NCBI RefSeq assembly: GCF_001194135.2
Contig: NC_068989.1
Location: 29,198,317-29,246,467, forward strand
Origin: Octopus bimaculoides
Lineage: Eukaryota
Length of the DNA: 48,151 nt
Direction of reading: 5' to 3'
The notes beneath the pieces were generated by a model. That model was not told where the DNA came from, did no database searches, and saw nothing but the letters and a program-made list of their open reading frames with translations. Below, in pieces: positions 47,107 through 48,151 of the stretch. Each line of letters opens with the position of its first letter. Position 1 is the stretch's first letter. The position numbers and the translations under genes are program-made.

Positions 47107-47917
47107 TATATATATATATAATTTTGATTATATATATATATAAATGAATGAACATTTAGTGTATGCTGAATGACCTGCACAAGTAATTTGTTTATAGTGA
47201 TAAAAAATAACGAAAAAGACTTTATCTGTGAAAATAAAAACTTATCGCATTCTTGAATATTTGCAGCCACTTGAGATAAAACTAGATTTTATCTATGGGT
47301 CATACAATTATGGGTCATATAATTATAAAATATTAGCTGAATAAACGCAGAAAACTACGTGCATGTTATCCATTTTTTTGATGGAAGCAGAATGTCAATT
47401 TGCTTCCCTTTTCCTATATGTTACATAACGACATAAGATTATATATATCATAGATATTGCAAACTGACAGAAACTTAATCTAAGTGCATAAGTATTTATT
47501 AGCATCTAAAACTATTCATTATCAGCTCTTACTAGAAAAAAATTGTCATTGTGGGATTTTTATCGAAAAAAATGTTAAAATATTACACTGAAAAGGATGT
47601 CATCTCATGCTAATTCTGATAATAAAAGTCTGAAGCCTATGATGTCATGTAGTTTATATTAATTTTACAGAACATTAGAAGAACAGTCGTATGAAAAATA
47701 AGTAATATGGTTTCAATTTTGTTTCTATAATTTTTAAGGGAAGCATTGCTTCCCTTGTTTCCATGGACCACATGCCTATGATATATATATATAAATGTAT
47801 ATGTGTGTGTGTATGTGTGTGTATCTATCATATTGTAGGGTCAACCCACCAAGCCTTGTGAGCAGATTTAGTAGATAAAAACCAAAAGAAGACCTCCAGA
47901 TGTACGTATGCTTTTAT

Positions 47918-48151
47918 ATCATCATCATCATCATCATCATCGTTTAACGTCCGCTTTCCATGCTAGCATGGGTTGGACGATTTGACTGAGGACTGGTGAA
48001 ACCGGATGGCAACACCAGGCTCCAGTCTAATTTGGCAGAGTTTCTACAGCTGGATGCCCTTCCTAACGCCAACCACTCAGAGAGTGTAGTGGGTGCTTTT
48101 ACGTGTCACCCGCACGAAAACGGCCACGCTCGAAATGGTGTCTTTTATGTG
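47918..48151 (-). mobile_element. Young (GAT)n-tailed repeat running off the window end
   Basis: (CAT)n CGTTTAACGTCCGCTTTCCATGCTAGCATGG...GCCCTTCCTAACGCCAACC...GTGCTTTTACGTGTCACC. Confidence 0.92.

Noticed and set aside
27858-47270. Long ORFs containing X runs (27858-28970, 28151-28873, 42678-43322, 46131-47270 group)
   Set aside because: They are open only because N gaps contain no stops. Only the plus-strand RTE frames are meaningful.

Overview
AT-rich eukaryotic genomic DNA, most likely from an octopus or other coleoid cephalopod. This is inferred from the repeat content (tRNA-derived CORE-type and Nin/Deu-type SINEs, RTE LINEs, Penelope-like elements, dense microsatellites) and was not checked against a database. 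There is no complete protein-coding gene, no rRNA/tRNA gene, no CRISPR array and no prokaryotic-type system. Three assembly gaps are present (28211-28790, 42900-43207, 46376-47106). Most of the window looks like a long, CpG-depleted minus-strand intron filled with decayed transposons: RTE, HERO-type RLE non-LTR, Penelope GIY-YIG, Tc1, mariner and piggyBac. A CpG-retaining zone at about 37.8-41.6 kb holds a candidate promoter and a candidate first exon (MMRFKRKK plus a phase-1 GTAAGA donor) of an unidentified minus-strand host gene. Main points for follow-up: (1) the abundant short (GAT)n-tailed repeats can be linked, within this window, to the 3' UTR of the RTE LINE, which carries a modular hairpin array; (2) these elements appear to insert into (TA)n tracts and form tail-to-tail inverted pairs; (3) a piggyBac deletion series; (4) a fold-back MITE, a perfect 41-bp palindrome and a hammerhead-like core. 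Most ORFs in the supplied track are microsatellite or N-gap artefacts. Coordinates of decayed elements are approximate and were read by eye.
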